Assembly: GCF_018977255.1 (NCBI RefSeq)
Contig: NW_024704743.1
Coordinates: 92,878,001 to 92,942,000, forward strand
Length of the DNA: 64,000 bases
Reading direction: 5' to 3'
Origin: Callorhinchus milii
Lineage: Eukaryota
The translations under genes were made by a program, and so were the position numbers. Position 1 is the first letter of the stretch. Every line of letters starts with the position of its first letter. The notes beneath the pieces are model-generated. The model had not been told where the DNA came from. It did no database searches and was given only the letters and a program-made list of their open reading frames with translations. Shown here piece by piece: positions 50,851 to 64,000 of the stretch.

Positions 50851-53429
50851 CTTAATCCAAATCTACCCCAAAATTCTAATTAATTGGTTTATCATCTGTT
50901 ATTTTTTTATGGGGTATTGCTAATTAAAATTAGCATTTGTATATACAATATTGATTTCAGTTCTGATCAATTATATTTTGTAAAACAATTGGAGACATTT
51001 GTGTTTAAATAAAAGCTATAAAAATTGAAGTTACGACTGTGTTTTTTGAAATGCCAATTTCTCTGTAAAAATGTGATCATTAAGAGTGTTGGTGTATGTT
51101 CATATTTGACAATAGGAGATTTTTTTGTATTTTCCGTCACAAATAGCAAGAAGTGTGGCCATGCCCAGTACAAAGACATAGAACACTCTGACAAGTGGGT
51201 CAATAAAACATGCCTGCTGCTGGTTGAGTGACATTCCTATCACTGAGACCAAAAAACAGGAATTTGCCTCATTAATAAAACCATCGTATAAGATCACCCC
51301 TTCAGATTCTGAGACTGCTGCCTGTCTAGGAACCATTAATTAATAACAATGGTGTTACTGTGTGTTCGGATAGAATAAAAATCTTATTCACTCCAGCTAA
51401 AAAAACACAGCTGCTACAAGGGAGTAGAGAGGTTTCCCCAAAATAGGTACAGTCTGTTTGACATCGGTTTCCATATTGTTGACTTTATTGTGCATTTTTT
51501 ATATACATCATTTGCAGCAGAATTAATTCATTCAATAACTTTGGTGGCATTATTGTGTGTGCTTCAGTAGTGTTGAAATGTGAGGACAGAATCCAACACT
51601 CTTTACAAAGCACCATGTGACATCTTTAAAGAGGAAGACTTACATACAATTTAAGAGTGGAGTATGATTGTCCTATTTACTCTTTGCTGGCAATTGCATC
51701 ATTTGGCTCAATCCAATCCCGATACATGTTGCTTTGAAACAGATTTATTTTAGAACAAATTTGCTGCCATTTCCCTGGCCTACTTCCCAAGCTGATAGGA
51801 TAGCCCAAGAGGATGATTATGAATGTTTGGAAGAAATCACACTGAGGGAAAACAGAAGACAAGTATGAACATTCACAGGATATAGTTTAATTGGAAAGTA
51901 GTTTGATGGTTCCTGTGAAGATGTGTCACCATGTGCTGCTGCAAATTCACACTATTTATTTCAGTCAACTAGCAGTCCTATTTAGATCTAGCACAGAAAT
52001 ATGCTATGGGTGTTACTTATAAACACAGTCAAATCCATAGACACATCACTGAATGTGAACAGAAAAGCAGACTCACCTGTGACAACTTTAGTGTTGGGGT
52101 GAAACTTTGATTTTCTTATTTCAGGGAGATCTCATTACGCCAGATTCTCTTCAGCACAAGGGACACAAAACCAAGTGGAAAATCGACCCTGAGCCAAACT
52201 TATACATATCGCAGCTTCCCATAAAATGGGAGAAGCTATCAGCTGACTGTATGGATTCAAGGTCCTGGACCGAGGCTTATGCTCATACCTCCTGACCCCG
52301 AGGCATGAATGTTACCAACTGAGCTAAGCCTACACCTGGCCCGTCATGTGAAATTCAGAGGTGTGACATATTAATTATCACCAATGATTCGTTATCACAT
52401 TTTTGAAAGTTGTGGTTGACACTATTCTAGAAATATCAACCGCTTGACACTATTCTATAAATATCAATTGACTGTGGGTGTGACCCACCCTTCCTTCCGA
52501 GTTAGATCTTGAATCAATTACACAAGGTAATTGGAGTAGCCAGTCTTGCTCGGAAAACTATGGGAAAGATTCAAAAGATCTTATTACACTGTACTCTTAT
52601 TACAGAATGCTCTTTTCTGATTAAATTAAATAATTATGATAATCACGCTCTCTAAGTTTTGTAAAAAAATAAGTAAATCTACACTGTCAAACATGGTATA
52701 AATCCATCCCCCAAGTGTCTTAAAATAATACTTCTATTATTTTATATTTAGAATATTTCAGTTGTGTCATTATTCTCTGCAGGATTCATTAAATAATGCA
52801 GCCCGGCAAAGCACTTGTCATTTGAGCTTAATTCCCTGTGGCTCAAAATTGAGGGTTGTCTGTCATTACATTATTTTTGGAGGTAGAAGTATGCTGTTTG
52901 CCCCTTAGCAACTGAAAGAGATGTCTGATCACAAGTGGTCCAGACTGTATCAGTCTTTGACATACCTCCGAATATATTGAACTGTTCATTCTGCTGATGC
53001 CAGAAAGACAAGGAAATAAAACAATTGCTTTCCTTTATCTAATTTCTTTTTGCCCTGCACAATGTTTTCTAAACTACACATGACTTTTATCTTTTTCTAT
53101 TTTTATCTCATTCGTTTTCAAATTTCTGCTCTGTATCACTTTTCTGACATTTACCTTTTTAATGTATTTTTAATAATTGAGGTAGGTAGGATGACAGATG
53201 ATTATTAAAAGGATTAGTGTTGAAAATACCTGCAAAATTATCAGCGCATTTTATAAATTTTGATCATTTACAACAAAAATGAGAAAAAATATACGGGTAT
53301 AATTAATCCCATGGCATAATAATTATCATATTAAACTCTTTATAAAAAGTCACACTTTTTTTTACTGTGGAATAATTAATTCAGTAACTTTCTACTTCTG
53401 ATTTACCAGTGTTAAGATCCACCAATTTT

Positions 53430-53620
53430 ATAATAATAATAATCCTTGCATTTGATATAACACTGTATCATGTGTTCGAGACGTCTCGATATAACACCTT
53501 ATCACATCTTTGGGACGTCTTCCCGACATGAAAGGTGCTTTATAAATGTAATTTTGTTGTTGTTGTCTCAAAGTGCTTCACAGAATATTCTGTGAATTGA
53601 CTGTATATTTTGTGGGCGGA
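53430..53620 (-). mobile_element. SINE 3' end interrupted by a plus-strand L2 tail
   Basis: taataataatccttgcatttgatataac..gacgtctc | insert | gtctcaaagtgcttcacagaat. Confidence 0.82.
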
Positions 53621-53696
53621 AATTTTGTTTTGATTGAGCAGTTGGCAGCAGCAACTTGGGACCTTCTAGCACAAACTGAGTGGAATCTACTACCTC

Positions 53697-54006
53697 GTGG
53701 AGTCCTGTAGCTCAGTGGTTAGAGCACTCGCCTTGCAAGTGAGAGACCTGGGTTCGATTCCCGGCAGGGTGAAACCTTGGGCAAGTTTCCTTACTCCACA
53801 GGCCTGATAATAATCCCTCAACAAAAAAAATGATAATTTGGTCACTTCAAACCATGACTGTTTGTAGGACACTGCTGTGCGCAATTGACTGCCGTGTTTC
53901 ACCCACAAAATATACAGTCAATTCACTTTACAGTATATTATGTGAAGCGCTTTGAGATATTTAGAAGACATGAAAAGCGCTAAATCAAATGCAAGGATTA
54001 TTATTA
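53697..54006 (+). mobile_element. tRNA(Ala)-derived SINE, short subfamily
   Basis: Cloverleaf-compatible head with TGC anticodon, then SINE body lacking the central block, (TTA)n tail. Confidence 0.92.
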
Positions 54007-54208
54007 GGCAATATTATTCATTAATTAATACTATTGATATCTCATTCATATAATATAGACAAGACAGGTTGATAACTGAAGACAGTTGATCAATGTCAAT
54101 TGACCATGATTGTAACCCTTGCCAATTCTGACAGGATGTTTGGTGCCAGAGCCAGCTAAGACATCTGTGTAGAGATGGATGATGACAACAACAATTACAT
54201 TACGTACC

Positions 54209-57200
54209 AAGGCACTGTACAAGGTGGATGGGTTACACCTGAACAGGGCAGGGAGGTTAACTAGTGCTGTGCGGAAGCGTTTAAACTAATTTCGAGGTGG
54301 GAAGGGAATCAGGATGTAATATCAGAGAGGAGAAACAAGTTACATAGAGGGCTGAGAGAGATGAATAGCAATGTAATAAGGAGTAGTCCAGAAAAAGGAG
54401 GGATTAGACAGTGGAGAAATGAGGAGTAGACTCAGTCGGTCTTGGAGTGCATGTGCCTAAATGCACAGAGTGTGACAAAAAAGGCTGCAGGCTCAAGTTG
54501 CCACATGGGGTTATGATGTGATAGCAATAATGAAGACCTGGATCAAACAAAATAGGAATGGAAGCTGAATATTCCTGGCTGCAATGTATTCAGGAGGGAT
54601 AGGGAAAGAAAAAAAAGGAGGGAGGTGTGATTGATTAAAGACACAGTTACGGCCCTAGAAAGGGACAATGTTCCTTTGGATGAGGGTCCAAAAACAGAAT
54701 CTATTTGGCTAGAGTGAAGGAGCACAAAAGGAGCTGTTACTTTGTTAGGTGTATACTGTAGGCCACTAAATAGTGGGAAGGAGATAGACGAGCAAATCTG
54801 CAAGCAGATTTCAGAAAATGCAAAACCAACAGAGTAGTGATAATGGGGGAATTCAATTATCCTAAAATAGGCTGGCAAAATAATAGGGCAAGAAGGGGGA
54901 ATGATTTCTGAAATGTATGCAAGATAATTTGCTGGAGAAGTGTGTTTGTAGCCCAACAAGGAAGGAAGTAGTGCTGGATCTAGTTCTGGGAAGTGAAGTG
55001 GGGCAAGTGGAGCAGGTTTCAGTAGGAGAGCATCTGGACAACAGTGATCACAACATCATTGGGTTTAGATTACTTATGGAAAGGGACAAGGAACAATCAA
55101 AGGTGAAGGTACTCAACTTGAAGAAGGCTAATTTCAGTGAGTCAAAAAGGGACCAAGTCAAGGTGGACTAGAAAAAAACATTGGAGATAAACCAGCTAAC
55201 GAGAAATGGGACGCCTCGAGGAGGAGATAGTTTGGGGACAGAACAAGTACATTCCCATAAAGGGGAAATGGTAGGATATCCAAACTTTCCTGGAAAAATA
55301 AAGAAATTGGGATTAAAGTAAAACAGAAATAGGAGGCTTATGATAAATGTTAGGTTCAAAATCGAGAAGATAATCAAATAGAGTATTGAAAGTACAGAGG
55401 AGAATAAGAGGGGTAAAGAGATTGTTTGAGAAAAGATTAGCATTTAACATAAAAGGGAATCCTTAGGTATTTTATAAGCAAATAAAGAATAAAAGATTAT
55501 TCAAAGTTTGGGTGGGTCCAATTAGGGACCAAAGAGGAAATTGTCTTGTGGAAGCAGAGAGCATGACTGACATACTGAATGAGTACTTTGAATCTGTCTT
55601 CACAAAAGAAGAGGATGTAGCCAATGCCACAGAATCGGAGGAGAGGGTAGAGAAATTGGATAAGATAAGAATAAACCGAAAGGAGGTACTAAAAAGATTG
55701 ATGGTGCTCAAGGAAGATATGTCACCTGTCCAGATGGGATTTGCATCCTAGGTTACTGAGGGAAGAAGGGTGGATATAGTGGAAGATCTGGCTACAATCT
55801 GGGGTGGTGCCAGAGGAATGGAGGGTTGCAAATGTTACTCCCAAGTACAGAGAGGGGCAGAAAGATAAACCCGGGAATTACAGACCAGTTAGCTTAACGT
55901 CAGTAGTGGGGAAACTTCTAGGGACTATAATCCAGGACAAAACAAATCTTCACTTAGAACGATCTGGGTTAATAAAGGACAGCAAACACAGATTTATTAA
56001 AGGCAAATCATGTCTAACAAACCTGATAGAGTTTTCTGATCAATGGAGAGGGTGGATGAAGGTAGTGCAGTTGATGTAGTTTCAAAAGGCGTTTGCTAAA
56101 GAGCCTCATAAGAGACTTGTAAACAAAATAGAAGCACACTGTATTAAAGTGATAGTGGCAGCATGGATATAAGACTGATTAGGAGACATAAAGCAAAGAG
56201 CTGTGGTGAGCAGTTGTTATTTCTCACTGGAGGAAAGTGTACAGTGGTGCCCCAGCGGTCGGTATTGGGACCACTGCTCTTTTTGATCTATATAAATGAC
56301 CTGGACTTGGATGTAAAGAGTACAATTTCTTTATTTGCAGATGATACTAAGCTAGGAAAATTAGTAAATAGTAAGAAGGATAGTAGCAAACTGCAAGAGG
56401 ACTTAGACAGACTGGTAAAATAGGCAGAAACATGACAGATGAAATTTAGTGTGGAGAAATGTGAAATTATGCATTTCAGGAAGAAGAATGAGGAGAGGCA
56501 ATATAAGCTAGAAGGTAGAATCTTAAAGGGGGTGAAGAAACAGAGAGACCTGGGGTTCATATAAGTAAATACTTGACAGTGGCAGGACAGGTAGATAAAG
56601 CTGTTAAAAAAAAGCATATGGGATACTAGGCTTTATAAATAGGGGCATAGAATACATAAGTCAGGAAGTTTGTTTTCACACAGTGAATTGTTCTGATCTG
56701 GAATGCATTGCCTGAAAGGGTAGTGGAAGCCGATTCAATAACAACTTTTAAGAGAGAAGTAGATAATTATTTGGGGAGGACAAGTTTGCAGGGCTATGGG
56801 GAGAGAGCTCTTTCAAAGGGCTGGCACAGACACAATGAGCCGAATGGCCTCCTTCTGTGTTGTATAATTCTATGTTTCTATGATGCTAAGTTATGATAAA
56901 CCTTAATAAAACACTGGTTAGGTCTCAGCTAGAGTACTGTGTTCAGTTCTGGGCATCACACTTTAGGAAGGGTCACAAGGCATTGGAGATGGTGCAAAGT
57001 AGATTTACCAGGATGGTACCAGGAATAAGGGATTTCAGTTATCAGGAGAGGATTATTCTCCTTGGAGCAGAGAAGGTTAAGAGGAGACTTAATAGAAGTT
57101 TTCAAAATTATGAGGGCATTCGATAGGGTGAACAAGGAGAAACTATTTCTTCCACTGGCAGGTGGGTTGGTAACTCAAGGACAACAATTTAAAATAATTG

Positions 57201-57662
57201 TTGAAAGAAACAGAGGGAAGGTGAGGAGAAATTATTTCACACAGCAAGTTATTCGGAACTGGAATGCATTGCCTGAAAGGGTGGTGGAAGCCGATTCGAT
57301 CTTGTCCAAAGAAAAGGTCAAAATATGTAGGTTAAAAAAACAGATTTATAAGAGGCTGACAGAATATATCAAGGTTATTTCCATTAGGCTCCTTCTGAAT
57401 AAAAATATAACCGGCAAAAGGTCCAGAGGAGAGATGAGGAGAATTTTATTTACCCAGAGAGTTGTTACGGTCTGGAATTCACTAAGTAAAAGATAGTGGA
57501 AACAGATTCAATAACAACTTTCAAAAGGGAATTGGATAGCTACTTAAAAAGGAAACATATGGGGAAGGAGCAGGGGGTGGGACTGATTGGGTAGCTCTTC
57601 CAAAGAGATGGCACAGGGACGATGGGCCGAATGGTCTCCTTTTGTGCTGTAATGTTCTATGA
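54209..57662 (+). mobile_element. Long decayed CR1 LINE (ORF1 end, APE endonuclease, RT) with nested/extra CR1 3' ends
   Basis: LYKxDGLHLN (ORF1 end), [77 protein letters not shown]; many stops and frameshifts. Confidence 0.95.
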
Positions 57663-58769
57663 TAAACATACCAGCATTGGGTTCTTATAGATTGTTGCAC
57701 ATGTTGAAAGTACAGTTTTTTTAATAATTTTCCAACATCACATTGTTTCAGGTCTGGACATTTATACAAGTCAAAAGTCATAGGTCACTGCAATTAATGA
57801 AACAAAGTATTGCTTTTAGCACCCTTATAAAGTTGTTAACATTGTTTTGACTGAAAGGCCAGTAATTTATGATGTGTGAATCAACAAGCACTAAAGGATC
57901 TAGTTTCTGGCATATCTTAACAAAATTTCTTCATGAGAGGTTAGTGTTGCCCAAATGGGGATTCCTTCTGGCAAAGGACCCACACTGATCCATGGAATCT
58001 CTGTTTTGATAATGTCTATTTCTTGAGCGGAATTCTAATGGAATTGGTTATCAAGGAATCTTATTAAATCCGGCCACAACTTTGGAAAGATTCAATGAAA
58101 CAAATAAACAAATGTATTTCACTTCTGTGCCAGAAAATTCATCTTTCAACACGATAATTCTGTGGTTTCGTGGTTGAAATTGTACTGTGTCATATAAAAC
58201 ATGATAAAGCACAGCGCAGCCTCCACACAAATCTTTTTAAATAAGCCTTGTATTATGTATTTCACTTGAAACTCAAACTGGGAGAAGAAAATATCACTGA
58301 AGGTCTGAGGATAACTTAGTGTCTTTTGCACATGATATATTGGCCTGACAAAATAGACAAGCAGAGTCAGCAAGTCTCAGAGTACATAGTGAGTTACAGA
58401 AAGATGAAAGACCTTTGTAATTTTATGTAGCATTGCTCAGTGAAGCTTCAGGCACAATAAAACAAATAATTTTTATTCTGCAAGATTTATGAATGCATAA
58501 TAGGACAATACCATGCTATCGCCAAAACACAATTGGCAAAATACTTTGTCGCAGCAGAGTACAAAGTATTCTGTTTCCTTAAAATTCAAATTATTAACAG
58601 CATTAGACAATACATTTGATACAACCACATGCCCACCAGAAATTATTTTGGAAACACTGGACAGAAAGCTGTTCTAACAAATAAAATACTCAATGAAGAT
58701 TCCTCTACAAACAGTGCACAGGAACAAGCGCTTGATCCCAATGGCACTGCTTTTACTGAGTATTTACAC

Positions 58770-58945
58770 CAAAAAATAATAATAATAAGGTCACTCAATC
58801 CACAACTGTTTGTGTGATGCTGCTATGCACAATCAGCTGCCGCATTTCACCCATAAATTTAGTCAATTCATTCTATAGTATATTCTGTGAAGCGCTTTGA
58901 GACATCTCGAAGATGAGATAAGGTGCCATATCAAATGCAACGATT
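58770..58945 (+). mobile_element. 3' half of tRNA-derived SINE
   Basis: tcactcaatccacaactgtttgtg..gaagcgcttttgagacatctcgaaga..tcaaatgcaa. Confidence 0.85.
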
Positions 58946-59879
58946 AACTTAAAACAATGAGTCTGTTATGTAGGTGTGCGGAGACATTGCAGCACCTCAA
59001 TGTGAGATGAAGCAATGTACTGCACATTTTCATGTCACAAGTAGTTCGCTGAAAACATTAAAATTCCTATTGGTCAGCAGCAGAAACAACAACGTGTTAT
59101 GAACATTGTGGACATAAATATGCATCCTACATTTACAATTTCACAGGATGAAAACTACCTGTATTCCTTTGGTATCTGATGGTCTGACACAGAAGAAATG
59201 AACAGTTCTTTAAGTGTTCCTTACCGCAATTTTGTAGTTCTACAGAATATAGTCTTAATTACTTTTAGACCCTTTTGTCAATACAAGTGGTAAGTGATAA
59301 GCACATTATTTCAATCTGTACGTTTTGTAATAATAAAATAATTTCAAGTTATATGTGCTTGTGACAGTTGCAAAATTCTCTTTGAAATTTCAATTAACTG
59401 GTTTTTTTTAATATTCATAACACAGTTTAACTGAAATGCTCTGCTATTTTAAAAGTGCTATTTTTACAATAGCTTAAACTTTGATTATGTGATACTGTAC
59501 ATGTTACAAAAATAAAACTGGAGGGAAGATTATTTCAGTTCATTTTCATTACACGACTATAAAGATCCACTCTGCATATATAAATGTAACAGCACAATGT
59601 TGTATTATGTGACTATGTGTTTGTGTGTTTAAAGCACAATACTTTATACTTTAAAATATTATTGAATATTTATCATACATGTCCAAACCAGCATTGAATT
59701 TTACATCAAATAAATAAATATTTCCAGTTAACTGAATGTGCGCACAGCATCGTTGAACAATTAGTCAAGAATAAATATTCCATTTCAAGGAAAGTTGTTA
59801 CCTGTGACTAAAGATCTACACTTTACTAATATGTATAATTCAATATCAAATAACATCATTACAAACATATGTATAAGGA

Positions 59880-60050
59880 AACTAATAATAATCTTTGCAA
59901 TTGACATACCACTTTTCATGTTGACAGGATATCTCAAGAATTTCACTGTGAAGTATTGTGACTGTGTATCTTGAAGGCGAATTTGGCAGCCAATTTGCAC
60001 ACAACAATGTCCTACAAACAGCTATGAAGTGAAAGATCAATTCTATCTGG
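59880..60050 (-). mobile_element. SINE 3' fragment
   Basis: taataataatctttgcaattg..gcagccaatttgcacacaacaatgtcctacaaacagc. Confidence 0.75.
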
Positions 60051-61054
60051 GCCAAGATAATTATCAGCTAACATACCCTGTTGCTAATTGAAAACCCGGA
60101 ATTAGCTTCTATATAATGCATTGATACATCTGCAATAGCCCAGGTGGTTCTAAATGCCTATTAAGTGGGTGATTAACAGTACATTGCTGCTCTCCTACCA
60201 TTGTTAGTGATAATTATGTTATAGGAACCTTTCCCATATGCCACACAAAGTGATTTTTGAAATGTATTTTATGGCTAACTTCCTTCCTTTAACCTATTTA
60301 CATCAATAGCTCACATGTTTACTCAGACTGCACATGATATTCCCCAGGTCTAGGCAAAACATGAAAGCACATCATTCCTATACAATGAATTTTGATGGCT
60401 CATACACTACATCTCATTCCGCTTCACATCCATCGACTCCTGACAGTCATTTACAGACAGGGTGAACAGCAGTGGAAATAATGGACATTTCGTTCTTATG
60501 TCATAATAGGTTCCAAGACTAGTCAATGTTTCTGATATGTTTTTACGATCATGTTTCCTGTACTTTAACTCACTAACTTCATAAACATAATATAGTGTTA
60601 TTTTGGCTGTGGTTCTGAGATCTGGAAAATGATCGGATCCTGCAGCTGTGCAGTGTGATGAAAAGACCACATATGGGAAATGTGTAATGTGTAGCGTAGG
60701 AGTTAAATTTAGGTTATTTTATAATATTCCATAAATGTGAATATCCAAGGAGTACATAGGGTTATGTTATTCTACACGCCATCCGTTACATAATTAATTC
60801 AGCTTTGGGAATGGAGACTATCTTTCTACAAGTCCCTCAGTACCTGTACCACCATACTTACAGCACAAAGACATTACATTTTAATCATTTGTCCTGGAGC
60901 TACTTTAAACTTCCAGCTTCATGAATCATTGGGTCTCTAAATATTTAAAATAAATGAATTTTAACATTGCATTCCCACTAATAGCAAGTGGGAAGGATGC
61001 CAAGGCAGAATTCTAACCGTGGGTATGTTCCTGCCACTGTTATCACCAGTAACA

Positions 61055-61970
61055 AGTGACCCAAGAAACTACAGACCAGTAAGTTTGAAGTCCATTGTGG
61101 GTAACATTATGGAAACTCTTATTAAGGATAAAATCATGGAGCATCTGGAAAGAAATAAAATCATAAATGATAGCCAATATGAATTCATGAAGGGGAGGTC
61201 TTGCCAATCCAATTTACTGGTTTTCTTTGACAGTGTGACAAGGGAGCTTGATAAGGCTGTGTATGTTGTATATCTGGATTTCACTAAGGTCTTTGATACA
61301 GTTCCTCTTGAGAGGCTGGAGCTGAAAGTAAAAAAAGCGGAAATCAGTAGAGGTATATTACAACGGATACACAACTGGTTGACTGGAAGAACCCAGAAGG
61401 TGGTGGTACAGGGAATGTCATCAGACTGTGGAATGAAAAATAACATGTATGGAAAATGAAAAGTACCTGGGGTCCTGATTGATGATAAATTGAAGCTCTC
61501 TCAACAATGCTCTGTGGCAGTGAATAAAGCAAACCAGATGTTGGGATGTATCAAAAGATCAATAGTAAGGCAAAATAGTGGGGTAATCCTGCCACTGTAT
61601 AAATCATTGGTGAGACCATACTTGGAGTACTGTGTACAGTTCTGGTTGCCACAATAATAATAATCCTTGCATTTGATCTAGCGCCTTATCACGTCTTTGA
61701 GATGTCTCAAAGCTTCACAGGATATACTGCAAAGTAAAATGACTGTATATTTTGTGGGCGAAATGAGGCAGCCAATTGCATATAGCAGTGTCCCAAAAAT
61801 GTCATTCCCTTATCATCAGTCCTGTTCAATTGAGAAGTACGGAAGGTAATTGATGGAGGCTGCAGTAAATGGAGAAGGATAAATTGAGAAGATACAGAGG
61901 AGGGCAACCAAAATGATTGAGGGAATGGAGGGACTAGACTATGAGGAGAGACTAAATAAATTGGGCAGTT
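61055..61970 (+). mobile_element. Decayed CR1 RT fragment interrupted by a minus-strand SINE (61652-61797)
   Basis: DPRNYRPVSLKSIVG..GRSCQSNLL..VYLDFTKVFDTVP; LVRPYLEYCVQFW. Confidence 0.9.
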
Positions 61971-61972
61971 TC

Positions 61973-64000
61973 ACAACAACAACAACAAAATTACATTTAT
62001 AGAGTATTTACAGGAGGACATCCCAAAGCCCTGAACAGTCTTGGGTCAGAACCTGAGCATGGCGGAGGGGTGGTGTAGGGGTGAGGGAAGGCAGAGAGGT
62101 GGGAGGGTGAACAAAGGCACGGTCAAAGAGAAGGGTCTTGAGACCGGCCTTGAAGGAGGCAAGGGAGGAAGCGAGGCGAAGGAACCATGGGATGGAGTTC
62201 GAGAGCATGGAGGTAGAGAAGCTGAAAGCCCGGTCAACGATAGTAGAGCGGTTCGGGCGGGAGACATGGAGCAGGCCGGAGCCCGCTGAACAGAGCGAGC
62301 CGGCAGGTTTGTAGGGAGTCAGCAGGTCAGAGAGGTAGGAGGGGGCAAGGCCATGAAGGGATTTAAATACAAGAGTAAGGATCTTGAAATTGATATCCTC
62401 CATGGGAACCAATGGAGTTTGACAATGATTGGGGTAATGGAGGTGTGGAGTTTAGTGCAAGTGAGAATGTGGGCGGTGGAGTTTTTAATTAGTTGAATAT
62501 TGGAAATAGTGGAGCAGGGGAGATCGGTGAGAAGGGTGTTTAAGTAGCCGAGGTGGGAGGTGACAAAGGTGCGGCCGAGAGTTTCGGCAGCTTTTTGGAG
62601 TGAAGGATGCACAGAGGTGGGCAATGTGGCAGAAATGGAAGTGGAGGTCCTGGCCAGAGACCGGGTGTGGAGTACAAAGGATAGCTGGGGACTGAACCTG
62701 ACCCTAAGTTGCACATTCTGTTCAGTGAGTTTTAGGGAGAGCACAGAGAGGGTGAGTAGGTCAGACCTTAGGGAGAGATCAGAAAGGGTGAGCAGGTCAG
62801 ACCTCAGGGAGAGATCAGGGAGGGTGAAGTGGCCTAAACCGCAGAAGAGAAGACATTGACGGGAGCCAAAATATATGGGTTCCATCTTGTCAACGTTCAG
62901 CTGCAGGAAATTTGCTCTCATCCAGGCCTTGATGTCTGTCAAACAAACTGACAGAACATCAGCAGACTGGGAGTCATAGCTGGAGGAAGAGAAGTAGATT
63001 GTGTGTCATCCACAATCATATGGCATGTCTGCCGAGGACATCACCAAGAGGGAACATGTAGATAAGGAAAAGAAGGGGGTGAAGAATGAAGCCATAGGGT
63101 ACTCAGCAAGTAACTGGGTGGGGGGGCAGGAGGAAAACCATTTGCTGAGTTGTATTGTTGGTGGTTTGTTAAGTAGGACTCGAACCATGGGAGTGAGGTC
63201 CCACTAAGATGGATGAAGGAGGAGAGGCAGTGGAGGAAGATTGCGTGATCGACTGTGTTGTATGTGGTGGAGAGGCCCAGGAGAAAGAGGAGGCAGAGGG
63301 AGCCCTGGTCACAAAGAGAGAGGATGTCATCTGTTACTTTGACAAGTGCTACCTCTGTGCTGCGGGCAGGGCGAAAACTGGACTGGAGAGGTTTGAGTAG
63401 GGAGTGGAGGGAGAGGTTGAGGGAAGCTGATTTGCAATGACATGTTCCAAAACTTTGGCTAGGAAGGGCAGATTTGAGATGGGTCTGTAGTTTATGAAGT
63501 TGGAGGGATTGAGGGTAGATTTTTTAAGGAGCGTGATGACAGCGGTTTTGAGGGGAGTGGGAAAATGCTTGTAAAGAGGGACTGGTTGATTGTTTCAGCC
63601 AGCAATGGGCAGAGGAGGGTGAGTTGAGTAACCGGAAGCTAGGTGGGGAGGAGGTCGATGCAGCAGGTGCTGGGCTTCATCTGGGTGATGGTGGGGAAAG
63701 GGAGGAGGGAGAGATGGAGGCAAAGGAGTGTAGGTGGGAACCATGGTAGGAGGAGAGGGTAGTGAAGGAGACATGGGGTGGTGGGGGAGGAATAGGATAG
63801 TATTATCTAATTTGGAGATAAAGATGTCCAGGACCTCTTCACACTTGGCATCAGAAGTGAGGATCGAGGGTGCTTGACAGGGTGATGTGTAGTGGAGAAC
63901 AGGATTTTGGGATTGTTTTTGGCCTTGAGAATGACCTGTAGAAAGCAATTTGGGCTTGAGAGAGGGAACAGTGATAGGTATGAAGACGCTCGAACCACAG
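61973..64000 (-). mobile_element. Long decayed L2 extending past the window end
   Basis: (CAA)n tail at 61973; FKAGLKTLLFDRAF, DIKAWMRANFLQLNVDKME, KAKNNPKILFST. Confidence 0.92.
62733..62827. repeat. 36-bp tandem repeat (about 2.6 units) inside L2 ORF2
   Basis: tagggagagcacagagagggtgagtaggtcagacct / tagggagagatcagaaagggtgagcaggtcagacct / cagggagagatcagggagggtga. Confidence 0.9.

Noticed and set aside
51754..51862. Plus-strand exon candidate (TNLLPFPW..RENRRQ)
   Set aside because: Weak donor (CAA|gtatga), short pyrimidine tract and no recognisable protein.
52416..52468. Two copies of TTGACACTATTCTA(G/T)AAATATCAA resembling a bacterial promoter or CRISPR repeat
   Set aside because: Simple two-unit tandem duplication in eukaryotic DNA, with no spacers or cas genes.
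53700..53770. tRNA-Ala(TGC)-like cloverleaf (also at 8258, 17306, 26446, 32214)
   Set aside because: Runs straight into a SINE body, and the anticodon varies among copies (TGC/TGT/CAC); these are SINE heads, not tRNA genes.
54917..57496. Cluster of RT/endonuclease ORFs as a retron, DGR or other novel RT system
   Set aside because: Collinear, frameshifted pieces of an ordinary CR1 ORF2.
60407..60670. 87-aa minus-strand ORF in unique DNA
   Set aside because: No recognisable homology and no convincing splice boundaries; length is compatible with chance.

Overview
Eukaryotic, AT-rich, CpG-depleted vertebrate DNA. The repeat set (L2 and CR1 LINEs, Deu-domain SINEs, a younger tRNA-Ala-headed SINE with a (TTA)n tail, Penelope remnants) suggests a cartilaginous fish, possibly a holocephalan; this is an inference. 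The window is intergenic or lies in a very large intron. I found no intact, recognisable protein-coding gene: the long ORFs are decayed L2/CR1 ORF2 pieces or their antisense shadows. There is no prokaryotic operon, CRISPR array or defence system. The best signals concern retroelement biology: a shared L2 5' truncation point in the loop of a 10-bp hairpin, a 42-45 nt leader shared by two SINE copies, a SINE subfamily with an internal deletion, L2 tails inserted antisense into SINE 3' stem-loops, internally deleted and chimeric L2s, and CR1 nested in CR1. Also present: a probable solo LTR, a small Helitron-like element, an exact 26-bp distant duplication beside a G-quadruplex motif, CpG-retaining unique segments, and several unproven small exon candidates. 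Repeat boundaries were read by eye and are approximate unless given as exact motifs.
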